DNA of 39,774 nucleotides from Candidatus Avispirillum sp. (GCA_045638055.1 JAZUAR010000170.1:1-39774); one strand, 5' to 3'; counted from the stretch's first letter, positions 19,082 to 27,786 are shown. Numbers and translations: made by a program. The notes: generated from the sequence alone by a model not told the origin.

Positions 19082-19510
19082 ATGAAAAAACAGAATTCCA
19101 TACTTGATACAATAAAAAGCGGTTGTCTTATTTTTACCGTCATCACCGTTTTGTCATATATTGCGGGAACGCTTCTTTCTTCGGAAAACAAGGCCTTTAT
19201 TCCTACTCTCAAGTGGATACTTCTCTTCCTGCTTTTCTCCCTTGTTCTTGCATTTGCAAATATGCTCCTGAGACTCCCTAAAATAGCTATCGGCGCCCGT
19301 CTCGGATTCCATTTTCTCGCAACTGCGGCCCTCTATTTTGTTGTTGTAGTCCTTTGCGGCGGATTTATCACGAGCGGCGCTCAGACTATTATTGCAATGC
19401 TTCTCTTCTGTGTGCTTTACGGCATTTTCGCAATAATTTTTGCAATCGCCTCCGGAACGAAGAGCAAAAAGAAAAACAAAGAAGAAAAATACGATTCAAT
19501 GTTCAATTAA
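19082..19510 (+). CDS. Hypothetical four-TM membrane protein
   Basis: GAGGTG RBS before the ATG at 19082, four hydrophobic segments, basic C-terminal tail, own promoter and terminator. Confidence 0.8.
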   Translation: MKKQNSILDTIKSGCLIFTVITVLSYIAGTLLSSENKAFIPTLKWILLFLLFSLVLAFANMLLRLPKIAIGARLGFHFLATAALYFVVVVLCGGFITSGAQTIIAMLLFCVLYGIFAIIFAIASGTKSKKKNKEEKYDSMFN

Positions 19511-19546
19511 AAAAAGCCTTGCAAGGAACACCTTGCAAGGCTTTTT
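19509..19546. terminator. Bidirectional intrinsic terminator
   Basis: AAAAAGCCTTGCAAGG-aaca-CCTTGCAAGGCTTTTT between convergent genes. Confidence 0.9.
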
Positions 19547-19547
19547 C

Positions 19548-20303
19548 TTATGCTTTTGATTTATCCTTTTTGATAAGGATTCTAAGCGCCTCAACAGCAG
19601 TTTTAATTGCCGCTGAGGTATCCTCGTTTCTCTTTTCGGGCATTGCGGATTTTTCGATCTCCTGATTCCATACGCAATGGAATACGGCACCCGCTCTCAG
19701 CTTTCTTATTGCGCTTACAATAAAGAGGGTCGCGCCCTCCATTTCGGATGCAAGACAGCCGCCTCTCTTCCATGCCTCCCACTTATAAAGAAGTTCGGGA
19801 GAGGTAGGCATGCTCTCAGGCTCGTGCTGTCCGTAAAAGCTGTCCTTTGCCTGAACAACTCCAATATGATGGGGGTAAGCAAGCTTTTCTGCAGCCGCAG
19901 AAAGTGCGCTCGTTACCTCAAAATCGGCAACTGCAGGAAATTCTATGGGCATATATTCCTTGCTTGTTCCGTCAAGGCGGATCGCAGCTGTGGAAATTAT
20001 AACGTCACCGGGGAAAACCGTGGGCTGCATACCGCCGCAGGTACCAACTCTAATGAAGGTATCAACGCCAATCTTTGCAAGCTCCTCAACACAGATAGCG
20101 CAGGAAGGGCCTCCGATACCTGTTGACACAACAAGGACCCTTTCTCCGTCAAGATAGCCGAGATAGGAGTTATATTCGCGGTTATACATCACCTGCTTTG
20201 CATCGTCAAGATATTCTGCGATCTTCTCGACTCTGCCGGGGTCACCGGGGATGATGGCATATTTTGCCTTATGCTCCTCTGTCAATTTAATATGGTACTG
20301 CAT
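19548..20303 (-). CDS. udp: Uridine phosphorylase
   Basis: YHI, PGDPGRV, STGIGGPS, IRVGTCGG, DSFYGQH, SEME. Confidence 0.93.
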   Translation of the reverse strand: MQYHIKLTEEHKAKYAIIPGDPGRVEKIAEYLDDAKQVMYNREYNSYLGYLDGERVLVVSTGIGGPSCAICVEELAKIGVDTFIRVGTCGGMQPTVFPGDVIISTAAIRLDGTSKEYMPIEFPAVADFEVTSALSAAAEKLAYPHHIGVVQAKDSFYGQHEPESMPTSPELLYKWEAWKRGGCLASEMEGATLFIVSAIRKLRAGAVFHCVWNQEIEKSAMPEKRNEDTSAAIKTAVEALRILIKKDKSKA

Positions 20304-20312
20304 ATATTCACC

Positions 20313-20723
20313 TCATTCTGCTACGTTTTTCGGAGAAAATCCCATGGGAAGCATCTCGGAAAGTGTAAATACACTGTATTCTTCGGGGCTTTTCGCAACT
20401 ATGATCTCGAAATCGCTGTTGCAAAACTCAGCCATAACCTGTCGGCAGACACCGCAAGGAACGAAGAGGTCCTTTACGTTTCCGTCCTTACCGCCAACTA
20501 CTGCGATAGCAGAAAATTCCCTTTCCCCCTCGCTGACAGCCTTAAAAAATGCTGTTCTTTCAGCGCAGTTTGTGGGTCCGTATGCTGCATTTTCTACGTT
20601 ACATCCCGAAAATACCCTTCCGGACTTTGAAAGAAGGGCCGCGCCCACCTTATAACCCGAGTAAGGCGCGTATGCTTTATCCATCGCGGCAAACGCCAAA
20701 TCTATAAGTTTTTCCTTTGTCAT
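20313..20723 (-). CDS. cdd: Cytidine deaminase (homotetrameric type)
   Basis: AYAPYSGYKVGAAL, GCNVENAAY, CAERTA, PCGVCRQ. Confidence 0.96.
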   Translation of the reverse strand: MTKEKLIDLAFAAMDKAYAPYSGYKVGAALLSKSGRVFSGCNVENAAYGPTNCAERTAFFKAVSEGEREFSAIAVVGGKDGNVKDLFVPCGVCRQVMAEFCNSDFEIIVAKSPEEYSVFTLSEMLPMGFSPKNVAE

Positions 20724-21886
20724 TTGGCAACCTCCGAAAGAAAGCTTTCGCCGTCTATTTCTGCGTTTGACGAAAAATATTCAAGAACAGTCTTGCCGAT
20801 AGATGAAAATCCGTCTTTTGTTCCGAGATTCGCGCCTTTTATGCAATCGCCAAACAACAAAACAGGCACGTATTCTCTTGAATGATCGGTGCTGACAACG
20901 TATCCCGGGTCACATCCGTGGTCTGCTGTTATGATAAGAATATCCTCTTCTTTCATTTCAGCCATAAATTCGGGAAGCCAGCGGTCAAATTCGCTGAGCG
21001 CCTCAGCATATCCGTCAATATTGTTTCTGTGGCCGTAGAGCATATCAAAATCCACAAGGTTCACAAAGCAAAGACCCTCAAAATCGCGTTTGGCATATTC
21101 AAGAGCTTTCGCCATTCCGTCGGTATTGCCCGAAGTGTAAACGTGCTCTGAAATGCCCTTCCCTGCAAAGATATCGTATATCTTGCCCACAGCAATTGTG
21201 CTGAGTCCTTTTTCCACAAGAGCATCAAGCATAGTCTTTGAAGGAGGCTCGATGGAATAATCGTGGCGTCGGGATGTTCTTTCATAGCTTCCCGATTCAC
21301 CGATAAAGGGACGGGCAATAACTCTGCCAACACCGTGCTTACCTACGAGCATTTCTCTTGCAATTTTGCAATACTCATAGAGAGTTTCCACAGGTACGAT
21401 ATCCTCGTGTGCGGCAATTTGGAATACGCTGTCTGCAGAGGTATAAACTATAAGATTGCCTGTTTTCACGTGCTCATCACCGTAGTCCTTTATAACCTCG
21501 GTGCCGGAATAGGGCTTATTGCAGATAACGCCTCTGCCTGTCTTTTTGGAGAATTCCTCTATTATCTCAGTGGGAAATCCCTCAGGATAGGTAGGAAGCG
21601 GATTTTCTGATACAATGCCTGCAATCTCCCAATGGCCGATGGTGGTATCCTTGCCCTTGGAAAGCTCAGAAAGGCGGCCAAAGGCGCCCTCAGGCTCATT
21701 TATGCCCTCAAGATAGTCTACTCCGTCAATATTGAAAAGGCCCAGCCTTTTCAGGTTTGTTATATTGAAATTTTCAGATCTTGAAATCGATCTCAGGGTG
21801 TTTACGCCAACGTCACCGTAATCAGCGCTATCGGGCATTTCACCGATTCCGAGACTGTCGAGAACTATTAAAAATACTCTTTTCAT
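20720..21886 (-). CDS. deoB: Phosphopentomutase
   Basis: RVFLIVLDSLGIG, GKDTTIGHWE, YTSADSVFQIAAHE, DFDMLYGHR, TADHGCDP, TDHSREYVP. Confidence 0.97.
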   Translation of the reverse strand: MKRVFLIVLDSLGIGEMPDSADYGDVGVNTLRSISRSENFNITNLKRLGLFNIDGVDYLEGINEPEGAFGRLSELSKGKDTTIGHWEIAGIVSENPLPTYPEGFPTEIIEEFSKKTGRGVICNKPYSGTEVIKDYGDEHVKTGNLIVYTSADSVFQIAAHEDIVPVETLYEYCKIAREMLVGKHGVGRVIARPFIGESGSYERTSRRHDYSIEPPSKTMLDALVEKGLSTIAVGKIYDIFAGKGISEHVYTSGNTDGMAKALEYAKRDFEGLCFVNLVDFDMLYGHRNNIDGYAEALSEFDRWLPEFMAEMKEEDILIITADHGCDPGYVVSTDHSREYVPVLLFGDCIKGANLGTKDGFSSIGKTVLEYFSSNAEIDGESFLSEVAK

Positions 21887-21888
21887 AA

Positions 21889-22638
21889 TTAATCCTTAGG
21901 CTCAATTACGGGAAGCTTTTCAAACTCAACTGCAGAGTCAAGGGCAAGCTTCATCATCTGTGTAAAGGTCTTTTCACGGCTTTCTGCATCGAGAGCTGTG
22001 AAGGGAGGATAAAGAATATCGGAAATAGTGCAGATAGCAAGAGCTCTCATGCCGAGGCGCATTGCTGTGCAATAAAGGGCTGCCGCCTCCATTTCAACTG
22101 CAAGGCATCCCATTTTACCCCAGTTTGCAGAGGGGTATGAATCATCATAGAAGGTATCGGAGGAATAGAGATTTCCGACGTGCACGTCGATTCCCTCTCT
22201 GTCTGCCACCTTTTTGAGGTTTTCAAGGAGTGAATAGTCGCAAATAGGTGCAATAGTGCCGTTCATACCGTACTGAGCGGGGAAATTGGAGTTTGTACAA
22301 GCACCCATTCCCACAACGATATCGCGTACTTCAACGCCCTCTCTCAAAGCTCCCGCACTACCTACGCGGATGATATTCTGCACACCGAAATATTTATAAA
22401 GCTCGTAGCTGTAAATACCGATGGAGGGCATACCCATGCCGCTTGCCATAACGGAAACCTTTGTGCCCTTATAATAGCCGGTATAGCCGTTTACACCGCG
22501 GACACCGTTTACAAGGACGATATCCTCAAGGAAATTCTCTGCTATAAACTTTGCGCGAAGAGGGTCTCCGGGCATAAGAACGGTCTTGCCGAAGCCGATT
22601 TCGTTTTTAAGATCAATATGAGGTGTCTTTTTTGTCAT
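21889..22638 (-). CDS. deoD: Purine nucleoside phosphorylase, DeoD type
   Basis: [44 protein letters not shown]. Start ATG 22638 (GTG 22647 is an alternative). Confidence 0.95.
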   Translation of the reverse strand: MTKKTPHIDLKNEIGFGKTVLMPGDPLRAKFIAENFLEDIVLVNGVRGVNGYTGYYKGTKVSVMASGMGMPSIGIYSYELYKYFGVQNIIRVGSAGALREGVEVRDIVVGMGACTNSNFPAQYGMNGTIAPICDYSLLENLKKVADREGIDVHVGNLYSSDTFYDDSYPSANWGKMGCLAVEMEAAALYCTAMRLGMRALAICTISDILYPPFTALDAESREKTFTQMMKLALDSAVEFEKLPVIEPKD

Positions 22639-23302
22639 TTTCTTCACCCTTTTCCATAGCTTTTACGATTTTAACGATTCTGGAAGTACCGAGGCGGGAT
22701 GCGCCGAGGGCGATGAATTCCTCTGCATCCTCGATGGAGGAGATACCGCCTGCCGCCTTAATTTTAAGATTTGGAGCCACGTGAGACGCAAAGATCTCAA
22801 CGTCGTGTCTTGTTGCGCCCGCTGTGGAAAATCCTGTGGAGGTCTTTATATAGTCCGCATCGGAGGCTGAAACTATCTCGCACATCTTGATCTTTTCCTC
22901 ATCTGTGAGAAGGCAGGTCTCGATAATGACCTTGAGAAGCTTGCCGTTGCACGCTTCCTTGATCTTATTGATCTCGGAAAGAAGGAGAGCATATTTTCTG
23001 TCCTTGAGATAGCCGATATTGATTACCATATCGATCTCATCAGCGCCGTTTTTAACGGCATCTGCTGTCTCAAAGCACTTTACCTCAGTTGTGGAATATC
23101 CGTTGGGAAAGCCGATTACAGTACAGATTGCAAGCTTGTCACCCACGTATTCCTTTGCAGCCTTAACGTAGGACGCGGGAATACAGCAGGATGCGCAGGA
23201 ATACTTGATTCCGTCGTCAAGCAGTGCCTTGATCTCCTCCCATGTGGCGGACTGGGAAAGGAGAGTGTGGTCTACTTTTGAAAGTATATCTTTGATGTTC
23301 AT
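22613..23302 (-). CDS. deoC: Deoxyribose-phosphate aldolase
   Basis: [48 protein letters not shown]; GAGGTG RBS before the ATG at 23302. Confidence 0.97.
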   Translation of the reverse strand: MNIKDILSKVDHTLLSQSATWEEIKALLDDGIKYSCASCCIPASYVKAAKEYVGDKLAICTVIGFPNGYSTTEVKCFETADAVKNGADEIDMVINIGYLKDRKYALLLSEINKIKEACNGKLLKVIIETCLLTDEEKIKMCEIVSASDADYIKTSTGFSTAGATRHDVEIFASHVAPNLKIKAAGGISSIEDAEEFIALGASRLGTSRIVKIVKAMEKGEENDKKDTSY

Positions 23303-23335
23303 TGCGGTCACCTCATGATATTATTTTATATATAA

Positions 23336-23365
23336 ATTATACCCTTATTCTTCCCTTTCTGTCAA
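23336..23365 (-). promoter_or_regulatory. sigmaA promoter of the deo operon
   Basis: TTGACA-N18-TATAAT. Confidence 0.85.
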
Positions 23366-23479
23366 TAGGAAACGGGGTGCAAAAAAACATCGGATAACAT
23401 AACGGTTTCTTATTACAGAACCACTTGTGCAACGTCTGTACTCGGAAACAGAGTGAGGTTAAGGATTTTATCGTATTGA

Positions 23480-23508
23480 TTGACAAGTGAGAACAAATCG
23501 GATATACT
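23480..23508 (+). promoter_or_regulatory. sigmaA promoter with no downstream CDS (candidate sRNA 1)
   Basis: TTGACA-N17-TATACT. Confidence 0.8.
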
Positions 23509-23514
23509 AATAAC

Positions 23515-23590
23515 AGAGGTACTGTCTTCCATAATGGGCGTGTGGTGGTTCTCACCTATCCCCACGGAAGGTGATGCCTCTATTTTTATT
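23515..23590 (+). ncRNA. Candidate small structured RNA 1 (family unknown)
   Basis: Starts 6 nt after the -10 box; 5' AGAGGTACTGTCTTCC pairs with 3' GGAAGGTGATGCCTCT; internal GGTG-gttct-CACC hairpin; followed by ATTTTTATT. Confidence 0.55.
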
Positions 23591-23723
23591 AAACAAGCGT
23601 AATAGAACTTTCACCTTGCATTTTCAACCCGCAATTATCGGCTTTTTTTGTTTCGGCAGGCTGAAAATTCTCATTCACCTCGCTGAAAGAATGAACCTCA
23701 GCAACACTTTTTTGCTCTTTCCC

Positions 23724-23752
23724 TTGCATTTTTCGGAAGAATCGGATATACT
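23724..23752 (+). promoter_or_regulatory. sigmaA promoter with no downstream CDS (candidate sRNA 2)
   Basis: TTGCAT-N17-TATACT; shares AATCGGATATACT with the promoter at 23480. Confidence 0.7.
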
Positions 23753-23758
23753 GCTTAT

Positions 23759-23843
23759 AGAAGCACCACTTCTCTGCGCCTGCTTTGCAGGTCTGGACAC
23801 TCTTAATGAGAGTTCACCAGAGATTTTGGTGTTTTCTTTTATT
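23759..23843 (+). ncRNA. Candidate small structured RNA 2 (family unknown)
   Basis: Starts 6 nt after the -10 box; AGAAGCACCA pairs with TGGTGTTTTCT, TCTCTG with CAGAGA, enclosing hairpins GCCTGC-ttt-GCAGGT and ACTCT-taatg-AGAGT; followed by TTTATT. Confidence 0.55.
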
Positions 23844-23858
23844 CAGAGTTAGAAAAAG

Positions 23859-23884
23859 AAAAAAAGCCCCGAGGGGCTTTTTTT
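23859..23884. terminator. Intrinsic terminator (bidirectional form) after the activase gene
   Basis: AAAAAAAGCCC-cgag-GGGCTTTTTTT. Confidence 0.9.
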
Positions 23885-24778
23885 CTACTGTGATATTTTA
23901 ACGTCGATTCCTCTTTCGAGAAAGGCCTTGATCCAGCGGTCCTTATCGGATTGCGCTGCATCCTTACTACTAAATACGTTCTCTTTTCCGATTCGCTCTG
24001 CCTTTGCAACGCCGAAGCTGTGGTACGCCATAATTTCGGCATATCTGTATTTTCCCTCGTGCTTTTTGAGAAAAGCGCAAAGGAGGTCTAAATCCTCCAT
24101 GGTATCGTTAACTCCGGGAATCATGGGGAGTCTTACAATAACGTCGGCACCGAGAGAAAACAGCATTTCAAGGTTTTCTATGATCCTTTCGTTGGGTACA
24201 CCCGTCAGCTCCTTATGGCGCTCAGAGTTCATGCATTTAAGGTCATAAAGGAAAGTAGCACCCATCTCAAAGGCTTTTTTATAAAAATCCCTCTCTCCGT
24301 ATCCGCAGGTCTCGATAGCTGTGCCGATTCCCTCTTCATTTGCCTTCTCGATTATCTCAAGGGCAAAATCTGCCTGCATGGAGGGCTCACCGCCGGAAAG
24401 AGTTATTCCGCCGCCGCTTGTTTCATAAAAGATCTTATCCTTTCGGGCCTCATTCATGACCTCATCGGCTGTAACATTCTTGCCGAAGAGCTCATTTGCT
24501 CCCGCAAGGCACATTCCCACGCACTGTGCGCATCCGTCACATTTCGATCTGTCGTATATAACAGTGCCGTCCACGATGGTGCGGGCCTTGCAGGTAGGAA
24601 GGCATCGGCCGCACAGAGTGCATTTTTCTCTGTTATAGGCAAGGGACGGCGTGCTTTTCATGCCCTCGGGATTGTGACACCAGATACAGCGCAAGGGACA
24701 GCCCTTGAAAAACACGTTGGTTCTGATGCCGTCTCCGTCATGGAGGCAATATCTCTGTATATTAAAAATAGTTCCCAT
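23885..24778 (-). CDS. Glycyl-radical enzyme activating protein (radical SAM, with 2x[4Fe-4S] ferredoxin-like insert)
   Basis: FNIQRYCLHDGDGIRT, KGCPLRCIWCHNPE (CxxxCxxC), inserts CTLCGRCLPTC and CDGCAQCVGMC, GGITLSGGEP, RLPMIPGVND. Confidence 0.93.
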   Translation of the reverse strand: MGTIFNIQRYCLHDGDGIRTNVFFKGCPLRCIWCHNPEGMKSTPSLAYNREKCTLCGRCLPTCKARTIVDGTVIYDRSKCDGCAQCVGMCLAGANELFGKNVTADEVMNEARKDKIFYETSGGGITLSGGEPSMQADFALEIIEKANEEGIGTAIETCGYGERDFYKKAFEMGATFLYDLKCMNSERHKELTGVPNERIIENLEMLFSLGADVIVRLPMIPGVNDTMEDLDLLCAFLKKHEGKYRYAEIMAYHSFGVAKAERIGKENVFSSKDAAQSDKDRWIKAFLERGIDVKISQ

Positions 24779-24809
24779 AATAAACCGTACTTTCTTTGTC
24801 TTTAAGGAT

Positions 24810-24838
24810 ATTTTACATCAACGAAAATAGGTTTACAA
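24810..24838 (-). promoter_or_regulatory. sigmaA promoter of the activase gene
   Basis: TTGTAA-N17-TAAAAT. Confidence 0.6.
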
Positions 24839-24877
24839 TACAATTTTCAGATAAAGTAAATTTTTTTGAGTTCCTAC

Positions 24878-24906
24878 TTTACAAGCGGGGGTTTGTGAGT
24901 TAAAAT
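24878..24906 (+). promoter_or_regulatory. sigmaA promoter of ddh
   Basis: TTTACA-N17-TAAAAT. Confidence 0.7.
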
Positions 24907-24938
24907 AAATTGTATTTCTACAAAGGCATGGTACTTTT

Positions 24939-25925
24939 ATGAGCATTAGAATTGGTATTTTCGGATACGGAAATCTCGGCCGCGGAATTGAATGCGCCAT
25001 ACGTCAGAATCCTGACATGACACTTGCGGCAGTATTTACTCGCCGTCCTCCCGAAACTCTTAAAATAGGCACTCCCGACGTTCCCGTTTGCAACGCTTGC
25101 GACGTGCTCAGCTATAAAGATAAGATCGACGTTATGATCCTTTGCGGCGGAAGCGCAACAGATCTTCCCTATCAGACTCCCGCACTTGCGGAGAATTTCT
25201 GCGTTGTTGACAGCTTCGATACTCACGCAAAGATTCCCGAGCATTTTGAGAACGTAGACCGCGCTGCAAAAAAGGGCGGCCACACAGCAATGATCTCCGT
25301 TGGCTGGGACCCCGGTATGTTCTCTCTCAACCGACTCTATACAGGCGCAATTCTCCCCGAGGGTAAGGATTATACCTTCTGGGGCAAGGGCGTCAGCCAG
25401 GGACACTCAGATGCCATTCGCCGTATTGAGGGCGTTGTTGATGCTAAGCAGTACACGATCCCCGTTGAAGCGGCTCTCGAAGCAGTAAGAAGCGGTAGTG
25501 AGCCTTCCCTCTCAACCCGCGAAAAGCACACAAGAGAGTGCTTCGTTGTTGCCGAGGAAGGCGCTGACCTTGCACGAATCGAAAAGGAAATCTGCGAGAT
25601 GCCCAACTATTTCGCAGACTACGATACAACAGTACATTTCATTTCCAAAGAGGAATTGAAGCGTGACCATAGCGGCATCCCCCACGGCGGCTTCGTTATC
25701 CGCACTGGCAAGACAGGCGCTGACAAGGAAAACAGTCACGTTATCGAATATAGCTTAAAGCTTGATTCAAACCCCGAGTTTACAGCAAGCGTTATCGTTG
25801 CATTCGCACGTGCAGCCCACAGACTTAACACTATGGGCGACTACGGATGCAAGACAGTATTCGATATCCCCCCTGCACTCCTCAGCCCCAAAAGCGCAGA
25901 AGAGCTCAGAAAAGAGCTTCTTTAA
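24939..25925 (+). CDS. ddh: meso-Diaminopimelate dehydrogenase
   Basis: GYGNLGRG, LCGGSATDLP, VDSFDTHA, GWDPGMFSLNR, TFWGKGVSQGHSDAIRR, SNPEFTAS. Confidence 0.97.
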   Translation: MSIRIGIFGYGNLGRGIECAIRQNPDMTLAAVFTRRPPETLKIGTPDVPVCNACDVLSYKDKIDVMILCGGSATDLPYQTPALAENFCVVDSFDTHAKIPEHFENVDRAAKKGGHTAMISVGWDPGMFSLNRLYTGAILPEGKDYTFWGKGVSQGHSDAIRRIEGVVDAKQYTIPVEAALEAVRSGSEPSLSTREKHTRECFVVAEEGADLARIEKEICEMPNYFADYDTTVHFISKEELKRDHSGIPHGGFVIRTGKTGADKENSHVIEYSLKLDSNPEFTASVIVAFARAAHRLNTMGDYGCKTVFDIPPALLSPKSAEELRKELL

Positions 25926-25927
25926 TA

Positions 25928-25962
25928 AAAACAAACACCCGTTGCTTGGTAACGGGTGTTTT
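25928..25962. terminator. Bidirectional intrinsic terminator
   Basis: AAACACCCGTTGC-ttg-GTAACGGGTGTTT between convergent genes. Confidence 0.85.
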
Positions 25963-26667
25963 CTATTTCATCTTATGTTCTTTAGAATTTATTATTAAGC
26001 AATCATCGTTCTTCCAGTATATTTTCATATGGGACATTTCTGATATTTCACCTGTATAAACGGTAACCGGTTTCTTTTTAACTTTAAATATAAGTACATT
26101 AAAACCTTTATCCTCGCATACACGAATAAATAAATCTCCTCCAAGTGCACCCTGATCTGCATATATAACCTCTGCATAATAGCTTTCATCAGGAGATTCT
26201 ACCGTTTTAATAACTGTATTTTCACCAAAATCTCCAAAAACGAGAACAAGAAAGGAAATAAAGCAAGCTGGCAAAAGCATTAATACTGCTAAAAGAACGG
26301 AAAGCGTTTTTAATATAGCATTATCTCCATATTCTAAAGTAATATGCACGCAACAAGCTAAAGAAACAGTCATACATATTCCTACAAAAATGCTTTTGCA
26401 AACGCATATAAAGAACACGGTATTTATTAACGAAAACGGTATTACGATAGCTGAAATTATAACGACCGTTTGATTTGTATATTTATCCTTTAATACAAAG
26501 TCAAGTACCACGATGAAAGTAGAAATTACTGCTATTATCACAGCAAAGATAGGGGCGCTAACAAGCTCAAAGGAATATCCAAAGCAAGCTGCCACAACAG
26601 TGCCTAATGGCAAAAGAAGGGTTAATCCAAATAGTACGTATATTAGAATCGGTATAACTTTTTTCAT
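25963..26667 (-). CDS. Hypothetical membrane protein with soluble C-terminal domain (ECF operon)
   Basis: About five TM segments then ESPDESYYAEVIYADQGALGG...; directly follows the anti-sigma gene; GTG 26676 is an alternative start. Confidence 0.75.
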   Translation of the reverse strand: MKKVIPILIYVLFGLTLLLPLGTVVAACFGYSFELVSAPIFAVIIAVISTFIVVLDFVLKDKYTNQTVVIISAIVIPFSLINTVFFICVCKSIFVGICMTVSLACCVHITLEYGDNAILKTLSVLLAVLMLLPACFISFLVLVFGDFGENTVIKTVESPDESYYAEVIYADQGALGGDLFIRVCEDKGFNVLIFKVKKKPVTVYTGEISEMSHMKIYWKNDDCLIINSKEHKMK

Positions 26668-26672
26668 AGAAA

Positions 26673-27305
26673 TCACTCTTTTCCAAGCATTTTAGCATAG
26701 CTTTCGGAGAGTATCTTTGAAAAAGAAACAAAGAGGAAGGTTAAAAAAACACCTGTCCCAAAAACATATGATACTCTTACTATGGTTTCCACAAGTTCAG
26801 AAATATTACTATTGGTAAACGCCGCGATAATCATACCTTCATAGTGAATCTCAGCCCAAACATAGCAACAAACTGTGATAAAGATAGTTAATAGGCATGA
26901 GAAATTTGAAAAGATTTTTCTTGTCTTATAAACTCTTATAAAATACCAATTTGCCAAGGAAAGCATAAATCCCGTTGCGGGGATGACAAGATTATATGCC
27001 CAAAAGCCGTTAAAAAAGTGGTCGTAGGCTGTGGAAGCCTCCATTGAAACACCAATGGTGATCAACGCAAAGGAAACAAATAACAGCAAAGACTGCAAGA
27101 TCGAAGCCTTCCAATAGTTGATCTTTCTGAATTTTACAGGAGCTTCTGCGATTTTTTCAACTTTTGTCGGTGTTTTCATATCATCGCATATTATTTTGCA
27201 TTCCGAACATTCTTTAATATGCGCTTCAACTGCTTTTGTGCTTTCATCACTGCAGCAGCCATCAATGTAAAGTGGAATCAAATCCTTAACAATATCGCAA
27301 TTCAT
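26673..27305 (-). CDS. Zinc-finger (zf-HC2/ZAS) anti-sigma factor, multi-TM
   Basis: MNCDIVKDLIPLYIDGCCS...HIKECSEC (HxxxCxxC) followed by about four TM helices; adjacent to an ECF sigma gene. Confidence 0.9.
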   Translation of the reverse strand: MNCDIVKDLIPLYIDGCCSDESTKAVEAHIKECSECKIICDDMKTPTKVEKIAEAPVKFRKINYWKASILQSLLLFVSFALITIGVSMEASTAYDHFFNGFWAYNLVIPATGFMLSLANWYFIRVYKTRKIFSNFSCLLTIFITVCCYVWAEIHYEGMIIAAFTNSNISELVETIVRVSYVFGTGVFLTFLFVSFSKILSESYAKMLGKE

Positions 27306-27309
27306 AGCT

Positions 27310-27786
27310 TTACCTCATTTTCTCTAATATTTTTTGCTTTGCACGGTAAAAAGTGACTCTTGCCCAGCTTTCGCTTTTGGAAAACAATGCACTGATTTCC
27401 TTAAGTGAAAAGCCACCGAAAACAGATAGCATAAATACTTCCTTATAAGGCTCTTCAAGCTCGTGCAAGCATTGCAACGCCTTATTATAAAGCTCTTTAT
27501 TTATAAACATCTCTTCGATATTTGCGCTTTCATCTGCCTTTTCGGGCAAATTTTCGTGATCTATCTTTTTTTGCTCGTTGTACCATGCAAAATATGTATT
27601 CTTTGCTATACTGCAAAGCCAAACAGATGCTTTTTCTTTATTTCTGAGTGAGGCATAGTTCATATACGCACGAAAAAATGTTTCCTGCGTAAGCTCCTCA
27701 GACAGCGATGCATCCCGCGTCATTTTCATTAAATATTTGAAAATGAACTCTTTGTTTTCATTGAATAGCTTTTCAAATTCTGTCAC
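27310..27786 (-). CDS. ECF-subfamily RNA polymerase sigma factor
   Basis: Region 2 SEELTQETFFRA...WLCSIAKN; region 4 EPYKEVFML...LKEISALFSKSESWARVTFYRAK; GTG start. Confidence 0.93.
   Translation of the reverse strand: MTEFEKLFNENKEFIFKYLMKMTRDASLSEELTQETFFRAYMNYASLRNKEKASVWLCSIAKNTYFAWYNEQKKIDHENLPEKADESANIEEMFINKELYNKALQCLHELEEPYKEVFMLSVFGGFSLKEISALFSKSESWARVTFYRAKQKILEKMR

Noticed and set aside
23589-23729. 46-codon minus-strand ORF (MQGKEQKSVAEV...SSITLV) ending at the 3' end of sRNA 1
   Set aside because: No RBS and no recognisable motif; its ATG is the complement of the -35 box. A decayed gene tail cannot be excluded but is unsupported.
23571-23852. 93-aa ORF in the deoC-activase interval
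   Set aside because: The SD-like sequence abuts the start and is buried in a stem; the ORF crosses a U-tract, a second promoter and the second structured RNA; no protein-like features.
23340-23860. Possible CRISPR array, purine riboswitch, tRNA or hammerhead in the intergenic region
   Set aside because: No regularly spaced 25-40 nt repeats, no purine aptamer core, no cloverleaf, no CUGANGA/GAAA core; the structured units are also on the strand opposite to deoC.
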